A stretch of 64,000 nucleotides of DNA from Octopus vulgaris (Eukaryota). Position numbers and translations under genes: made by a program. The notes under the pieces were generated by a model. The model did no database searches, was not told the origin of the DNA, and saw only the letters and a program-made list of their open reading frames with translations. The stretch covers positions 25,668,001 to 25,732,000 of the forward strand of contig OX597834.1 in NCBI GenBank assembly GCA_951406725.2. Direction: 5' to 3'. This document shows positions 26,933 through 38,872 of the stretch, in pieces (position 1 is the first letter of the stretch; the number at the start of each line of letters is the position of its first letter).

Positions 26933-28159
26933 ACACACACATACACACACACACACATGGACTGTCAACAGATGAGATCCAGAGATGCTTGTTATAGAAA
27001 ACACTTAGTAGTGCTCAAAAGATTTGAATTTACAGTCTGAAATCTTTACCACAGACTTTGTTGTTGGGATAAAGACTGGCTATAAGAAGAATCCAGGCGT
27101 TCATTTGTAGTTGTTCATTTTATAATTTTTTTCTTTTTAATGTCTATTTAGGGCCTTTATATTTTCTTGATACTTCTGTCCAGACTGAAGGCCTGATGTG
27201 AATGCATGCAATAGAATGGTCTGTCTTAACCCTTTAGCATTCAGATAATTCTGTCAAATGTAATTTGTATAAACAATACTACTGAGAAACAATTCGTGTA
27301 TTTTCTTTTAACTACGTACCTTCGTTTACCCAGGCGAGAAGCCCTGGGAAGTTTAAAGGAAGGGAAAATACGATTAGTGCCATCAAGATAAATGACTTTA
27401 GGATACGATTCTTCCTTGAATTTCTGATAGCGATTTATGAATGCTGGAGTTTGGAGTTAATCCTGCATTATCTTGTAGCTTAAAGATTTTGATGATGTGA
27501 TTGCTTATGTTTAGAATGACATTGTAAGGTAAGTATGAAATACCAGATCTGGTTAGTTTGAATGTAAAACAAGTAGAATATTTGGGCTGTATATGGTTGG
27601 TTTAAACACTAAAAGGTTTAAAGACATCCCAGAACCAGATGATGGTGTTAAACTGAGCAACACCATCACATATGAACAATTTCCATACCGTTTCCTAGCA
27701 TAGCTAATCTATATGACAAGCATTTGTATAGTTTTGCCTGTTAAGATGTCCTTTTTTTATCTTTTACATTATTTTCATTTTGAAATGCTGCCATACGACT
27801 TTTTCTCATTTGTTAATTCCTTTAAGGATGACTTGGCATGAAAGCCACAACAATGGACATCAATTGATATGGATGAGATATCAGCGTTATCTGATAAAAC
27901 AGTTTGACTGAACACAAATATTTGAAACAATTGTTGGAAATAGTTAATGACCAGTTGGACATATCTGTACAGGAGAAAGCAAATAGAAAAAGCTGCGTGA
28001 CGAGACTATATTCATCGATTGTCCAGGAGAGATTGTTTACTTTAAGATAAGAGAACCTATGAAAATCAATAACCATTCTCTGGAATGGCTTTATCAGTTT
28101 TATCAGCGCTGACCACCAGCTGATTTAATAAGCTTGGGTTTAAACAGAATAAAAGAAAA

Positions 28160-28296
28160 ACAGTAGTGGCTGTGTGGAAAGAAGCTTGCTTCCCACATGG
28201 TTCTGAGTTCAGTCCCACTGTGTTACACTTTGGGTAGGTGTCTTCTAGTATAGCCTTGTGAGGGGATTTGGTAGACAGAAACTGTAAGAAGCCTGT

Positions 28297-28327
<31 letters not shown>

Positions 28328-28640
28328 ATGTCTCACCTCTGCTTGACAACCAATGTTGGTGTGTTTATATCCCTGTAACTTGGTGGTTTGGCAAAATAGA
28401 CCGACAGAATAAGTATCAGGCTTTAAAAAATAAGTCCTGGGGTTGATTCATTTGACTAAAGATTCTTCAAGGAAGGGAAAGTTGATTACATCAACCCCAG
28501 TGCTCAACTGATTCTTATTTTATTGACCCTGAATATTTGAAAACAAAGTCGACCTCGGTGGAATTTGAACTCAGAACATAGAGATGGACAAAATGGCACT
28601 AAGCATCTTGCCCAGGGTGCAAACAATTCTGTCAGCTTGC
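28160..28640. mobile_element. Diverged SINE A (+) joined to old C-like SINE (-)
   Basis: A motifs 28160-28470; C core 28475-28640. Confidence 0.7.
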
Positions 28641-29302
28641 CGAGGACAGTCACATCAGCTTAATAATGACAATTAATTTATTAAATTCTCTATTATTGCT
28701 AAAAGGCAGTCTATTTCAATAGAAATGTGATAGCAAATGGGTTAATATCAGTTAGATAAATTTATACTTCAACAATATCACCAACAACGAAAAATTGAAT
28801 GAAGGCAAGTTCTGTTTTGTGTGTTCTCACAGAGCAGAGAAATCCTTAAAATTTCTCAAAATTTTGGGGGTGAGTGGGGTTGAAGGGCTGGAATTAGGGC
28901 TTGTGTTTGTCATTTTGAGAACATTTTAGACAGTCCTGATTGCACTGAACTATGACACCTGATGATCAACTGCATTCCAGCCATAACCATCCTGTTTCAT
29001 TTTCTAGATGTTTATCTCAGACAACATTATGCTTTTACTTGGTTCAGACTTTGGACTGTGGCCATGCTGGGGCACTGCACTTCAAAGATTAAACTTTTTA
29101 ATCATAGCTACTTAGTTAAGAAATCTGTTTTGCAGCCATGCAGTTTCAGTTTTGACTTCTTTGTGTGGCATCTTTGGTAATTGTCTTCTTCTATAGCCTT
29201 GGTTTGACCAATGCATTGTGAGTAGAATTTAGTTGATGGAAACTGTACTGAAGCTGATTATGTGTGTGTATGTTTGTGGGTGTGTACACACATACACACA
29301 CT

Positions 29303-29348
<46 letters not shown>

Positions 29349-29427
29349 CCCTCTCTCTCTCCCCATATATATATATATATATATATATACATACATCATA
29401 CACATCATAAATTCATATATTTATATA

Positions 29428-29552
29428 CAGGGGTGGGCAAAAGTAGATATACAGTTGCTTAATATGAGTGGAATATTCTTTTCGTTTCTCTATTTCTTTT
29501 ATGAATATATTCATATTCTCATATTGAACAACTGTATTTCCCCACCCACCCC
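29428..29552. mobile_element. Degenerate Tc1-like MITE
   Basis: TA|CAGGGGTGGGCAAAAGTAGATATACAGTTG with partial inverted end CAACTGTAT...CCCACCCC. Confidence 0.45.
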
Positions 29553-29749
29553 ACACACACATTGTATAGAAGTTGTTTATTTTATCTGAACATTTTTGAA
29601 TCCGTTTTGCTTAACCAGCAAATCAATTTTCTAATCCATTTCTTGTAGTGAGATTAGAGAATAGTATTAATTCCTATTCAAATATTATCCAGACAGGAAT
29701 TAATGGATTTAAGAAGCACTTTAAATGGGGGAGGATTCATAATTTCAAG

Positions 29750-29793
29750 GCTAATTTATGCATTTGCATAAATTAGCTAACTCAGAGTTAGCT
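29750..29793. promoter_or_regulatory. Double palindrome with POU octamer/MORE-like and TAAT cores (candidate enhancer)
   Basis: GCTAATTTATGCA-TT-TGCATAAATTAGC overlapping AGCTAACTC-A-GAGTTAGCT, in sequence not repeated elsewhere in the window. Confidence 0.35.
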
Positions 29794-30041
29794 GACAGCC
29801 TTTAGCAATAGTTTCTAACGTCAGTACATGACTATAAAATATGTAAACCTGCAGAGTAGACATTGATAATCGAATTGACTCTGATACACAAGCTTGCTAT
29901 TTATTCTATTGACCCCCTCCATCCAGACAGGAATATGAAGAAAAGTCAATTTGAATTGTGAATGTAGATAAAATAATTGAAATACTACAAAACATTTGGT
30001 CCTATATCCTACTGTATTGGACATCTCACTGCTGCAGATAA

Positions 30042-30703
30042 TCTATATATATAAAACTGTAGTTGTGTGAGTGTCTGTCCCCTTCGATTTAGATTCCTAA
30101 CTACTCCCACATTTTGCGGTGCAGTTTAACAAAATTCGGGTATCTTATAGTCGTGATTCATATCGAGCCCGTCTGGGTATTAGTGCGCGTCTATGATGAG
30201 TCTACGATTTAAAAAATAATTTAACATCATTTTTTATTCCATTTTAATGCATATTTTTTCATGTGTCGATGGCGGCGGAGTTGGCGTCCACGCTCACACC
30301 TGCACCTGTTGCTTCTCCCCCTTCTTCCCTCCCTCATGAAGCTGTGGGGAAGGGAGTGTAAGGAAATCAACGTCGTAATGCGTTGTCAAGGAGACCAGCG
30401 TTCTTTTAGAACAACGACTTCATGGCTTGAAGACACCAAAACAGAAATGGCTAAGAAAGCGTCTACATGAGTCTACGATTTAAAAAAAATTTACCATCAT
30501 TTTTTCCATTTTAATACATTTTTTCGCTATTATATAAGGGAAGTAACTCTCTAAAAATGTCTACGATGAGTCAACGATTTAAAAAAAAAAATTACCATAA
30601 TTTTTTATTCCATTTTTAATGCATTTTTTTGCTATAACTCTCTAAAAATGCTTATATAGTTATTTCCCTTACAAACCCGAGCAACGCCGGGCGATACTGC
30701 TAG
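30042..30703 (+). mobile_element. Non-autonomous Helitron
   Basis: A|TCTATATATATAAAACTG start; 3' hairpin CCCGAGCAACGCCGGG then CTAG|T; internal repeats of GAGTCTACGATTTAAAAA. Confidence 0.85.
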
Positions 30704-31799
30704 TTTTTAATAAAGCATTTTCTCTCAGGCCACAAATTTTTGTAAGGAAGATGATGTAGTCAATTGAACCAACCTTTAACATAACCATCTGGTCCTTGAG
30801 TGCTTTGAGTGAAGGCCTTTGGTTGCAGCATATCTGGTCCTTGTGTGTTTTGAGCAGGGGGCTCTTTTTGCACATTATCAACATTATTAATATAACCATC
30901 TGGCCCTTGGGTCTCCCAGTTACAGTATTTAAATTAAGTCTCTGATTTCTTCCTCTATTTCTCCCTCATCAATCTTGGAGGTTCTGTATAAAGGTCACCG
31001 GTATGACCCTTCCTCTGCCAAACTGAGCCATCAGGAATAGACCGGTGTCTAATCTTTTTTATTCTAGAAGAATAAACCAATGAGGAAGTCTCTATGTGAT
31101 TGCATAACCTGCTTAAAATAGTAACCAAATATCACTCAAATTACATCCTGCTGTCTCAGGAAAAATTATATGTTGGAGAATAGTCCTGTGTTTATTACAC
31201 TTTGGAAAAAGACGAGTTGGTTATGGCTGGATTGCCTTTGATCATAGCACTGTTCACTTAGTGCTGACCTGAAGCAAAATGACAAAACAATAGCAACTGT
31301 TCCTAGATGTATAAAAATAATGCAAAAATCACTCCTGGCAGTGGAATTTTAACTCCCAACACAAACCAATGAAACAAAACAATATAAGCCTGTTACTCGA
31401 TTGCACTTGTCATCATTGCAATCATTTTAACATCTATTTTTTCATACTTGCATGGGTCAGATGTATACATTGGAGGAAGAATTTTTTTTTTTAAGCAGCT
31501 ACCCTTCCTGTTGCCATTGCCACATTTCCAAGTGAGGTGAACTTAGGTAATTGTTTTGCGCAATTTTTATGACCAATGGTATAATTAGCATGTGTATCTG
31601 TATGTCTGTATACGTGTGCCACCCGGGGTAACCCTCGAGTTAGCCCCACTCCAGGTGTATATGCCTCTACACGACTATATAGCAGACCCCAAAATGTTTA
31701 CCCCCACTTAACTATTGGTGTTCATGCAGCTGGCATCTCAGAGTAACTCACCTTCGGTGTTTTGCTTTCCTAAATTGACTAAGGACCAGGTGGAAGGAG

Positions 31800-31998
31800 G
31801 GGAGGCGAGTGGGCGGGTCCGTGTGAATAGGGCGGGGTGGCTGTGGAAACTGGTGTTTGATGTTTCGATTCGACAACGAAGTCCGTTGTGGTCGATTAGG
31901 CAGAAAATACATTTATATAAAAAGTCAGGTGTGAAATATTCAGGCATTAGTCATCGAGTATTCTCATTAAAAACTAAATGCACTTAAGCCAGGTAAGC
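31800..31998 (+). promoter_or_regulatory. Candidate Pol II promoter and short first exon
   Basis: GC boxes 31811-31817 and 31830-31837, TATATAAAA at 31914, Inr-like TTAGTC ~31947, donor CAG|GTAAGC at 31992/31993; CpG density rises here. Confidence 0.45.
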
Positions 31999-32952
31999 CA
32001 AAAACGGCAACAACAGGTCATAGTGCCTTCGTTAAACCCAACAACGGCCGTGGTTTTCTCTTCAAAGTATTCAATGCGAAACTAATGAAGCCCTCATTTG
32101 TTGATTTAAGCTGAATTAAGTGCGTTTATGATATTTCATTTTTTTAATAAAAATTAGTATTATATATATATATTTTTTGAAAGGAAATCCTTAGTGTGTG
32201 ATGCTTAAATTTAGTTTTTACGATATTTATTTTCATTGTTTCTGATGTATTTTTGGCATTTATCGATCGTAGGAATTTCGTTGTGTGATGATAGCTTGCT
32301 ACTTCAACAACTTAAATTGAAAGCAAGCGATCTGGTTTAGCTCAGAGCCGGCCGGTCCTGAAACAATGTGGTTTGGCTACTTAGTCATATAACAACAGCA
32401 GTTCATTTATTGTTTTACTGTTTTTTGGGTTTTTTTTTAGTCGGATGAGACTGCGGCCATCCTGGGGCGCTATCACTTTGACGACTTTTTTTGGCAATTA
32501 TACAGATAAATCCCCGTATTTATTTTGATCCTATAGAAATAACAAGGGGCTTCTAAACGTAGTAGCTCGACCTTCTAGAAATAACAGTCAAAGGCCCCTC
32601 AAATCTCACTACATTTATGTAAAAACGAAGCAAGGACACATTGGACGATGTAGCAGTTTGTGATATATATACTCGTATATATATAAGACGAGATGATTGT
32701 GGCTGGATTATTTAATCAGTCGTGTTTGTCTTGGGGTTAAACAACACCGTGAACGGAAAAAGAATTGGTTGTTATTTTTTAACAAATTCAGTGACCACAA
32801 GTTTGGAAGTCCTCACTTGGTGGGCAAAATCTCACTCGAAGTCCTTAGCTGATGAAGTCGCTAAAAACCCAAATGAATTTCGCCTACCATCACCGCCACC
32901 AAATAAACGAACTTCAGAAAAATATAGGATCTATTCCATCTCAAAATTCATG

Positions 32953-33369
32953 GGCAATCTTTCGTCTCTAGTAGACCTTTCCGTCGATTTCCGTAAAAAA
33001 ATTATTTTTTTTTACATATGGGCTTGCGGGAATTTTTGAAGTAATGAGAGCGAAAGAGACTAAGAGAAAGCGATTGTATGACGAGGGAAGTTCTTTTGAA
33101 GTTACCGTGCATGGGAGCATTGATGGACATGTGTGTGTGTGTTTGATGGGGTGTGGGAGACAGACAGTATGTTGTGTAAGTGAAGTGCTTCTGTTAGTGT
33201 GTGTGAAGAGACAGAGTAATGTGTGAAAGAAAGAGATAACTGAAATTTTTTACTCGGTGTATGTGTATATGTATGTATATTACTTCAAAAGTTCCTGCAA
33301 GCCCATATGTAAAAAAAAAAAATTTTTACGGAAATCGACGGAAAGGTCTACTAGAGACGAAAGATCGCC
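32953..33369. mobile_element. Merlin-like MITE family 1
   Basis: ~90-bp TIRs starting GGC(A/G)ATCTTTCGTCTCTAGTAGACC; 8-bp TSD AATTCATG. Confidence 0.85.
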
Positions 33370-33774
33370 AATTCATGTATAAATATGAATTTGTAAAATT
33401 TATGATGAATTATTTTCGTCAGTACTGCTGTATCTTTACAAGGTATTATGTCCTTGAAGTTTGACCTTAGTACTAAAAATTATCCCGTCTTTGGTATATT
33501 GTTTATTGGTTTATCTATCTGTGTGGCACTTAGTCGTCAGCCTTTCATCTGAACCTGTGGCTTCTCATTTTTTTCAAGCTGTCGCTCACCTTTATTAATT
33601 AAGTTTTTTCAACGCCCTTTGCTGTGATTCAACATAAAAAAAATACACCACAAAAAAAAAAAAAAATCACCGACGCTTTGTCTGCTTATGGTAACACATG
33701 TACAACAGCAGGACATATTTGCCTGTCCAAGTCATTTGCATAAGTTAGTCCTAAACAGACATGCTTGTTTTCAG

Positions 33775-33845
33775 AGTTTTGTTTAATCCTTGGGCGAACT
33801 CGTTCAGTGAAGACGTTGTTAAGCTTGAAAACGAATTTTTTAAAG
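33775..33845 (+). other. Candidate 71-nt internal exon
   Basis: TTGTTTTCAG acceptor and AAG|GTAAAT donor; one open frame VLFNPWANSFSEDVVKLENEFFK, no recognised homolog. Confidence 0.25.
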
Positions 33846-34343
33846 GTAAATTTGTCTTTCACAACTCGATTTTTACAAAATTTAAGGTTGAACTGAAAAG
33901 ATTAGACCTGATATAGATACGGGAACGAAATTATGATTGAAGACAAGTTTTGTGTCTTCAACCAAGCTCAAGTAATGAGTAATATACTTCTGGGCAATCC
34001 TACGAACTCACATAAAGAATCTTGCAAACCAAAACCAAATCCAAAACCGAAATAAGACAAGCAGTTTTGAGAGGAAGGGACTGGTCGATCACTTGGCCCC
34101 AGTGTTCAACTGGTATTTAATTTTATTGACTCTGAAACGTAACGAGCCGGAAGAAATGCTACTGAACATGTTATCCGACGTACTAATACTTCTGCCACCA
34201 CGTCACCTTAATAATGAAAATAATACATTTTTCTTTAATAGTATGAGTTCCCCTCCTTTTTAATTTTTCAGTCTTGACTTTTATTTCGAAAATTATTTTA
34301 GATTTCTGTAATTATATTTTTGAAGAATCCTTAATCTCAGATA

Positions 34344-34448
34344 GGCAGTCTTTCGTCTCTAGTAGACCTTTCCGTCGATTTCCGTCAAGAAATTATTTTT
34401 CAAAAGTTTGTCAAAACTAAAAAAAAATTTACGGAAATTGGGAAAGGG
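34344..34448. mobile_element. Degenerate short copy of Merlin-like MITE family 1
   Basis: GGCAGTCTTTCGTCTCTAGTAGACCTTTCCGTCGATTTCCGT with a decayed inverted end. Confidence 0.7.
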
Positions 34449-34659
34449 GTGGCTGTTGTTTCTTCTCCAGCCAACACAGAATCGTAATCGAGAACGTTTG
34501 AACAAACACACATCCAAAGACATTACAATTTGTAGCAGCACACTTGATAATTTCGATTCCTTTCTACTGGTAGTCTCAGAATTAACTATTTCAATGAAAT
34601 CGGGCAAATTAAAAAAACAAAAACCTGACAGAATTTTATGTTTAATACTTTAAAAAAAT

Positions 34660-35083
34660 GGCAATCTTTCGTCTCTAGTAGACCTTACCGTCGATTTCCG
34701 TAAAAAAAATTTTTTTTTTACATATGGCTTCCGGGAACTTTTGAAGTAATGAGAGCGAAAGAGACTAAGAGAAAGCGATTTTATGACGAGGGAAGTTCTT
34801 TTGAAGTTACCGTCCAGGGGAAGCATTGATGTACATGTGTGTGTGTGTGTGTGTTTGATGGAGTGTGGGAGACAGAAAGTATGTTGTGTAAGTGAAGTGC
34901 TTCTGTTAGTGTGTGTGAAGAGACAGAGTAATGTGTGAAAGAAAGAGATAACTGAAATTTTTTACTCGGTGTATGTGTATATGTATGTATATTACTTCAA
35001 AAGTTCCTGCAAGCCCATATGTAAAAAAAAAAATTTTTTTTACGGAAATCGACGGAAAGGTCTACTAGAGACGAAAGATCGCC
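34660..35083. mobile_element. Merlin-like MITE family 1
   Basis: Near-identical to 32953-33369; 8-bp TSD AAAAAAAT. Confidence 0.85.
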
Positions 35084-35148
35084 AAAAAAATTATTGAGTT
35101 TATTGATGAAAGTAAAAAACAAAAGAAGCTGGAACAAGGAATTACTTA

Positions 35149-35477
35149 CTGGGTTAGCGAGAAAGTAATTTTGTTTTTTGCAAATAGAGTTACGGTTTTT
35201 TTGAACGACTTTTGTCAATGTTATGGTTTTTTTTCCTTTTGACTTTTGATAGCCGTTACTTTTAGTTTACTTTAAAAGCAAATTGCGCGTAATTTTGTTT
35301 ACAGCTGTTAGTTCAGTGTCAGTTTTAACATGGAGTGCAAAAACGAAAAATTTCGCCATATTTAGTGGGATTTCAAAAGTGTTGTGTATTTTGAGCTGCT
35401 TCCAAGGAACCAAACGACCAACAACTAATGAAACTGGAGGAAGCAATCAAAGAAAAACGGCCAGAATTGGCAAATCT
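35149..35477 (+). mobile_element. Internally deleted mariner transposon remnant
   Basis: TIR-like TA|CTGGGTTAGCGAGAAAGT; peptides MECKNEKFRHI and WDFKSVVYFELLPRNQT/QQLMKLEEAIKEKRPELAN typical of mariner transposase. Confidence 0.85.
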
Positions 35478-35699
35478 TTTTGAGAAGCCTAATTTCTCAA
35501 GATTGGTATCTAGGCAGTGTGTTACATGTCCCAGAGCTCCAATAATTACAGGTATAAAGCTGAATGTGATTACAATACCCTGCTTTCGCTTACGCGCGCA
35601 AGGTTAAAGAAATAGAAAAGGGAGAAAGGAAAAGAAAAAAGGGATCAATGCAGCAAGTGCTTTAATTGGTCGCACACCACAAAGATCAACGGAACGTAC

Positions 35700-36050
35700 T
35701 GAAGAAAGCCAGCACGCTCGCGGCATTACCACGAGCGATGGCGAGGTTAAGGCGTTGGAAAAACCAAGCAACCTCACGGCGAGGTGAGCTGCCAACAATA
35801 ACAAGAACTTCGTTGTTAGTGGCCTAGTCCCTCCAAACGTCCCAGGAGGGAATTTAGAATAGCTCACTGCCAGGTCCTGATACTTCAGGGTTTTATTCCG
35901 TACGGCTACGGAAGGAGTGACCCTCTCATTTACCACAGCATCCAGGACGTAGGAGGGAGCAAAAGAATCACAAACTGTGACGTCCCAGATGAGGCACCTA
36001 CCTCTTACCCAGGGGGTAAGACCATCTGGTTTCTTTCCATCATTTCTGGA
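35700..36050 (-). mobile_element. CRE-like non-LTR retrotransposon 3' fragment (RLE domain)
   Basis: RNDGKKPDGLTPWVRGRCLIWDVTVCDSFAPSY...KTLKYQDL and, after a frameshift, FQRLNLAIARGNAASV. Confidence 0.85.
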
Positions 36051-36092
36051 TAATTTATACCTTAATTTTCAAAACAAATAGATTTATAAATC

Positions 36093-36500
36093 GGATCTTT
36101 TCGGTTTGAACGGTGCTTTTTTAAAATAATTTCCACGTAACTAAACACTTTTAAACTTCGTATACTGGTAGAATGTGTTTATAAAACATCTTTTTCTCTT
36201 GGCTTTATTGAGAAAATTCTATAGTTTGTAAGATATTTGTTGTTTTTTTCTTCGATTTCTGCAATTTCAACCAATCAATGACGTCTAATTGAGGTGAAAA
36301 CATTCTGTGCCGTATGAATATGTCCCTCGTTTAAGAAACAGATTGGGTTTATTTCCATTTCTGAAGAAAAAAAAAAGATACCCTTCTCCCCACCCCTAAA
36401 ACAGATTGAAATGCAATAGATAGATAATAGGGTCATAATTATGGGTGACAATTTCATATGACACTGCTAGAAAAAACTGGCGTTCAAGCCGAAAAGATCC
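36093..36500. mobile_element. GG-terminal MITE family 2 (Merlin-like)
   Basis: TIR GGATCTTTTCGG(T/C)TTGAACG; 8-bp TSD TATAAATC/TACAAATC. Confidence 0.8.
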
Positions 36501-36977
36501 TACAAATCTTACGTGAAAACTTTATCGAAATGTTTCAACATGTGCTCCGTTTGTATTCCTACAGGTTTTGAAATCTCCCCTTAGCGTTGCAAAACGCATT
36601 TTGAAGCATTTCGGGAGTTATCTCCTGCACTGCTAACCGAATGCGTTCTTTAGTTCAGCAAAATTATTATCCTGTGGAATGGTGTTAGGGAAATTCTTTT
36701 CTTTTCTACTCTCGGCACAAGGCCCGAAATTTTTTGGGAGTTGGGCCAGTCGGGTATTTAATTTAGCGATCCCGAAAGGATGAAAGCCAAAGTAGTGAAA
36801 TTGATTGCAGCCAAACTGAATAAAGCTGTCGTGGACAGTTGAGCGAGATCCAACAGAAATGAAAATAAAATTTTAAAAAATTTTGAAGATCATAAAATCA
36901 TAAACAAAATTTAAAAAATGAATATACTTGTAACACATATTAAGCATGATAAACATAAATGAAAGTGAGTTTCTTTT

Positions 36978-37244
36978 GGCGATCTTTCGTCTCTAGTAGA
37001 CCTTTCCGTCGATTACACAACATACTGTCTGTCTCCCACACCCCATCAAACACACACACACACACACATGTACATCAATGCTCCCATGCACGGTAACTTC
37101 AAAAGAACTTCCCTCGTCATACAATCGCTTTCTCTTAGTCTCTTTCGCTCTCATTACTTCAAAAGTTCCCGCAAGCCCATAGGTAAAAAAAAAAAATTTT
37201 TTACGGAAATCGACGGAAAGGTCTACTAGAGACGAAAGATTGCC
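36978..37244. mobile_element. Merlin-like MITE family 1, inverted orientation with internal deletion
   Basis: Same TIR ends; 8-bp TSD TTTCTTTT. Confidence 0.85.
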
Positions 37245-37763
37245 TTTCTTTTTTTTAAATGTTCGATTTCATTGAGGTAATTAATTCTGTGACACCCGGT
37301 ATAAAAACACTGCTCATTCTCTACTCATTCAGGGATGCGGTAATTTCATAAGTACCAGGCCTAAAAGAAATTTTTAAAAAATAAGTACCGGAGGTCGATT
37401 CATTCGACTAAAAATTCTTCAAGGCGGTGCCCCAGCATGACCGCAGTCTAATGACTGAAACAAGTAAAAGATAGAAGATAAACATAAATGAATATAGAAA
37501 AACCAAAACGGAAAAATAAATAAAGAAATATCTAAGAAGGCATGCACACTCCCTCATTTATGCATCGCACCAGGAAATGTTGGTATTTCCTTTTTAAAGA
37601 ATTTGAGGCATCTAAAAACATCCACTGCTTTAACAGTGGCTGATGGCGAGACTGGGGCTTTAGAATAGCTAAGCGCCTTCACGAGGATCATTTGATACTT
37701 TTTTGATTAAATCATTGGTGTGTTACTAGCGTTTCATTTCATTGCTATAATGTACTACAGAAC

Positions 37764-38131
37764 GTGGAGGCGCAATGGCCCAGTGGTTAGGGCAGCGGTT
37801 TCGATTCCCAGACCGGGCGTTGTGAGTGTTTATTGAGCGAAAAATACCTAAAAGCTCCACGAGGCTCCGGCAGGGGATGGTGGTGATCCCTGCTGTACTC
37901 TTTCACCACAACTTTCTCTCACTCTTACTTCCTGTTTCTGTTGTACCTGTATTTCAAAGGGCTACTCTTGTCACTCTCTGTGCCACGCTGAATATCCCCG
38001 AGAACTACGTTAAGGGTGCACGTGTCTGTGGAGTGCTCAGCCACTTACACGTTAATTTCACGAGCAGGCTGTTCCGTTGATTCGGATCAACCGGAACCCT
38101 CATCGTCGTAACCGACGGAGTGCTTCCATAG
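37764..38131 (+). mobile_element. SINE family B (tail type 1)
   Basis: 12-bp TSD GTACTACAGAAC; ~22-bp deletion in tRNA region between GCGG repeats. Confidence 0.9.
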
Positions 38132-38379
38132 GTACTACAGAACATAATGTTTCGTATTATAAAACTGATTCTGTTGCATAATTCGAATGTATCTATAGTT
38201 TTTTTTTTTTTAAGCCAATACTATGTACACAACAGACCTTATCTTTAGATTTCTTAGCCAATACTATGTGTGAAGGTGGCGTGGCTTAGTGATTAGGGTA
38301 TTCGGCTCACGATCACAATTCAATGTTTTATTCCGTACGGCTACAGAATAAATAATTTTTCACATCAAATTCCAATATA

Positions 38380-38603
38380 TATTTCTTTACTGCCCTCAAG
38401 GGGCTAAACATAGAGGGGACAAACAAGGGCAGACAAAGGGATTAAGTCGATTACATCGACCCAGTGCAAAACTGGTACTTTATTTATCGACCCCGAGAGG
38501 ATGAAAGGCAAAGTCGACCTCGGCGGAATTTGAACTCAGAACGTAACGGCAGACGAAATACGGCTACGCATTTCGCCCGGAGTGCTAACGATTCTGCCAG
38601 CTC
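38380..38603 (-). mobile_element. SINE family C
   Basis: Collinear with 15172-15400. Confidence 0.88.
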
Positions 38604-38872
38604 AACTAATCTACAACATTTGAAATGTACTTGTAGAATATGTTTTGAAAAAAAAAAAATCCTATTTTCAGAAAGTTATGAGGAAACAAAGTCGGTGGTG
38701 AGGGGCACACATCTGTAGTTATTCCTGTACTATAGAACAAACACTGTGTTACAATGGTTGCTGACAATACTTCTGTACAACATATTTCGTGAGACTTGGG
38801 ACCAACGATGACAAAAACTTTTGTTTATGGTTCACAGCTCAATATTTAAACATATTAGAAATTAGTGTATGA

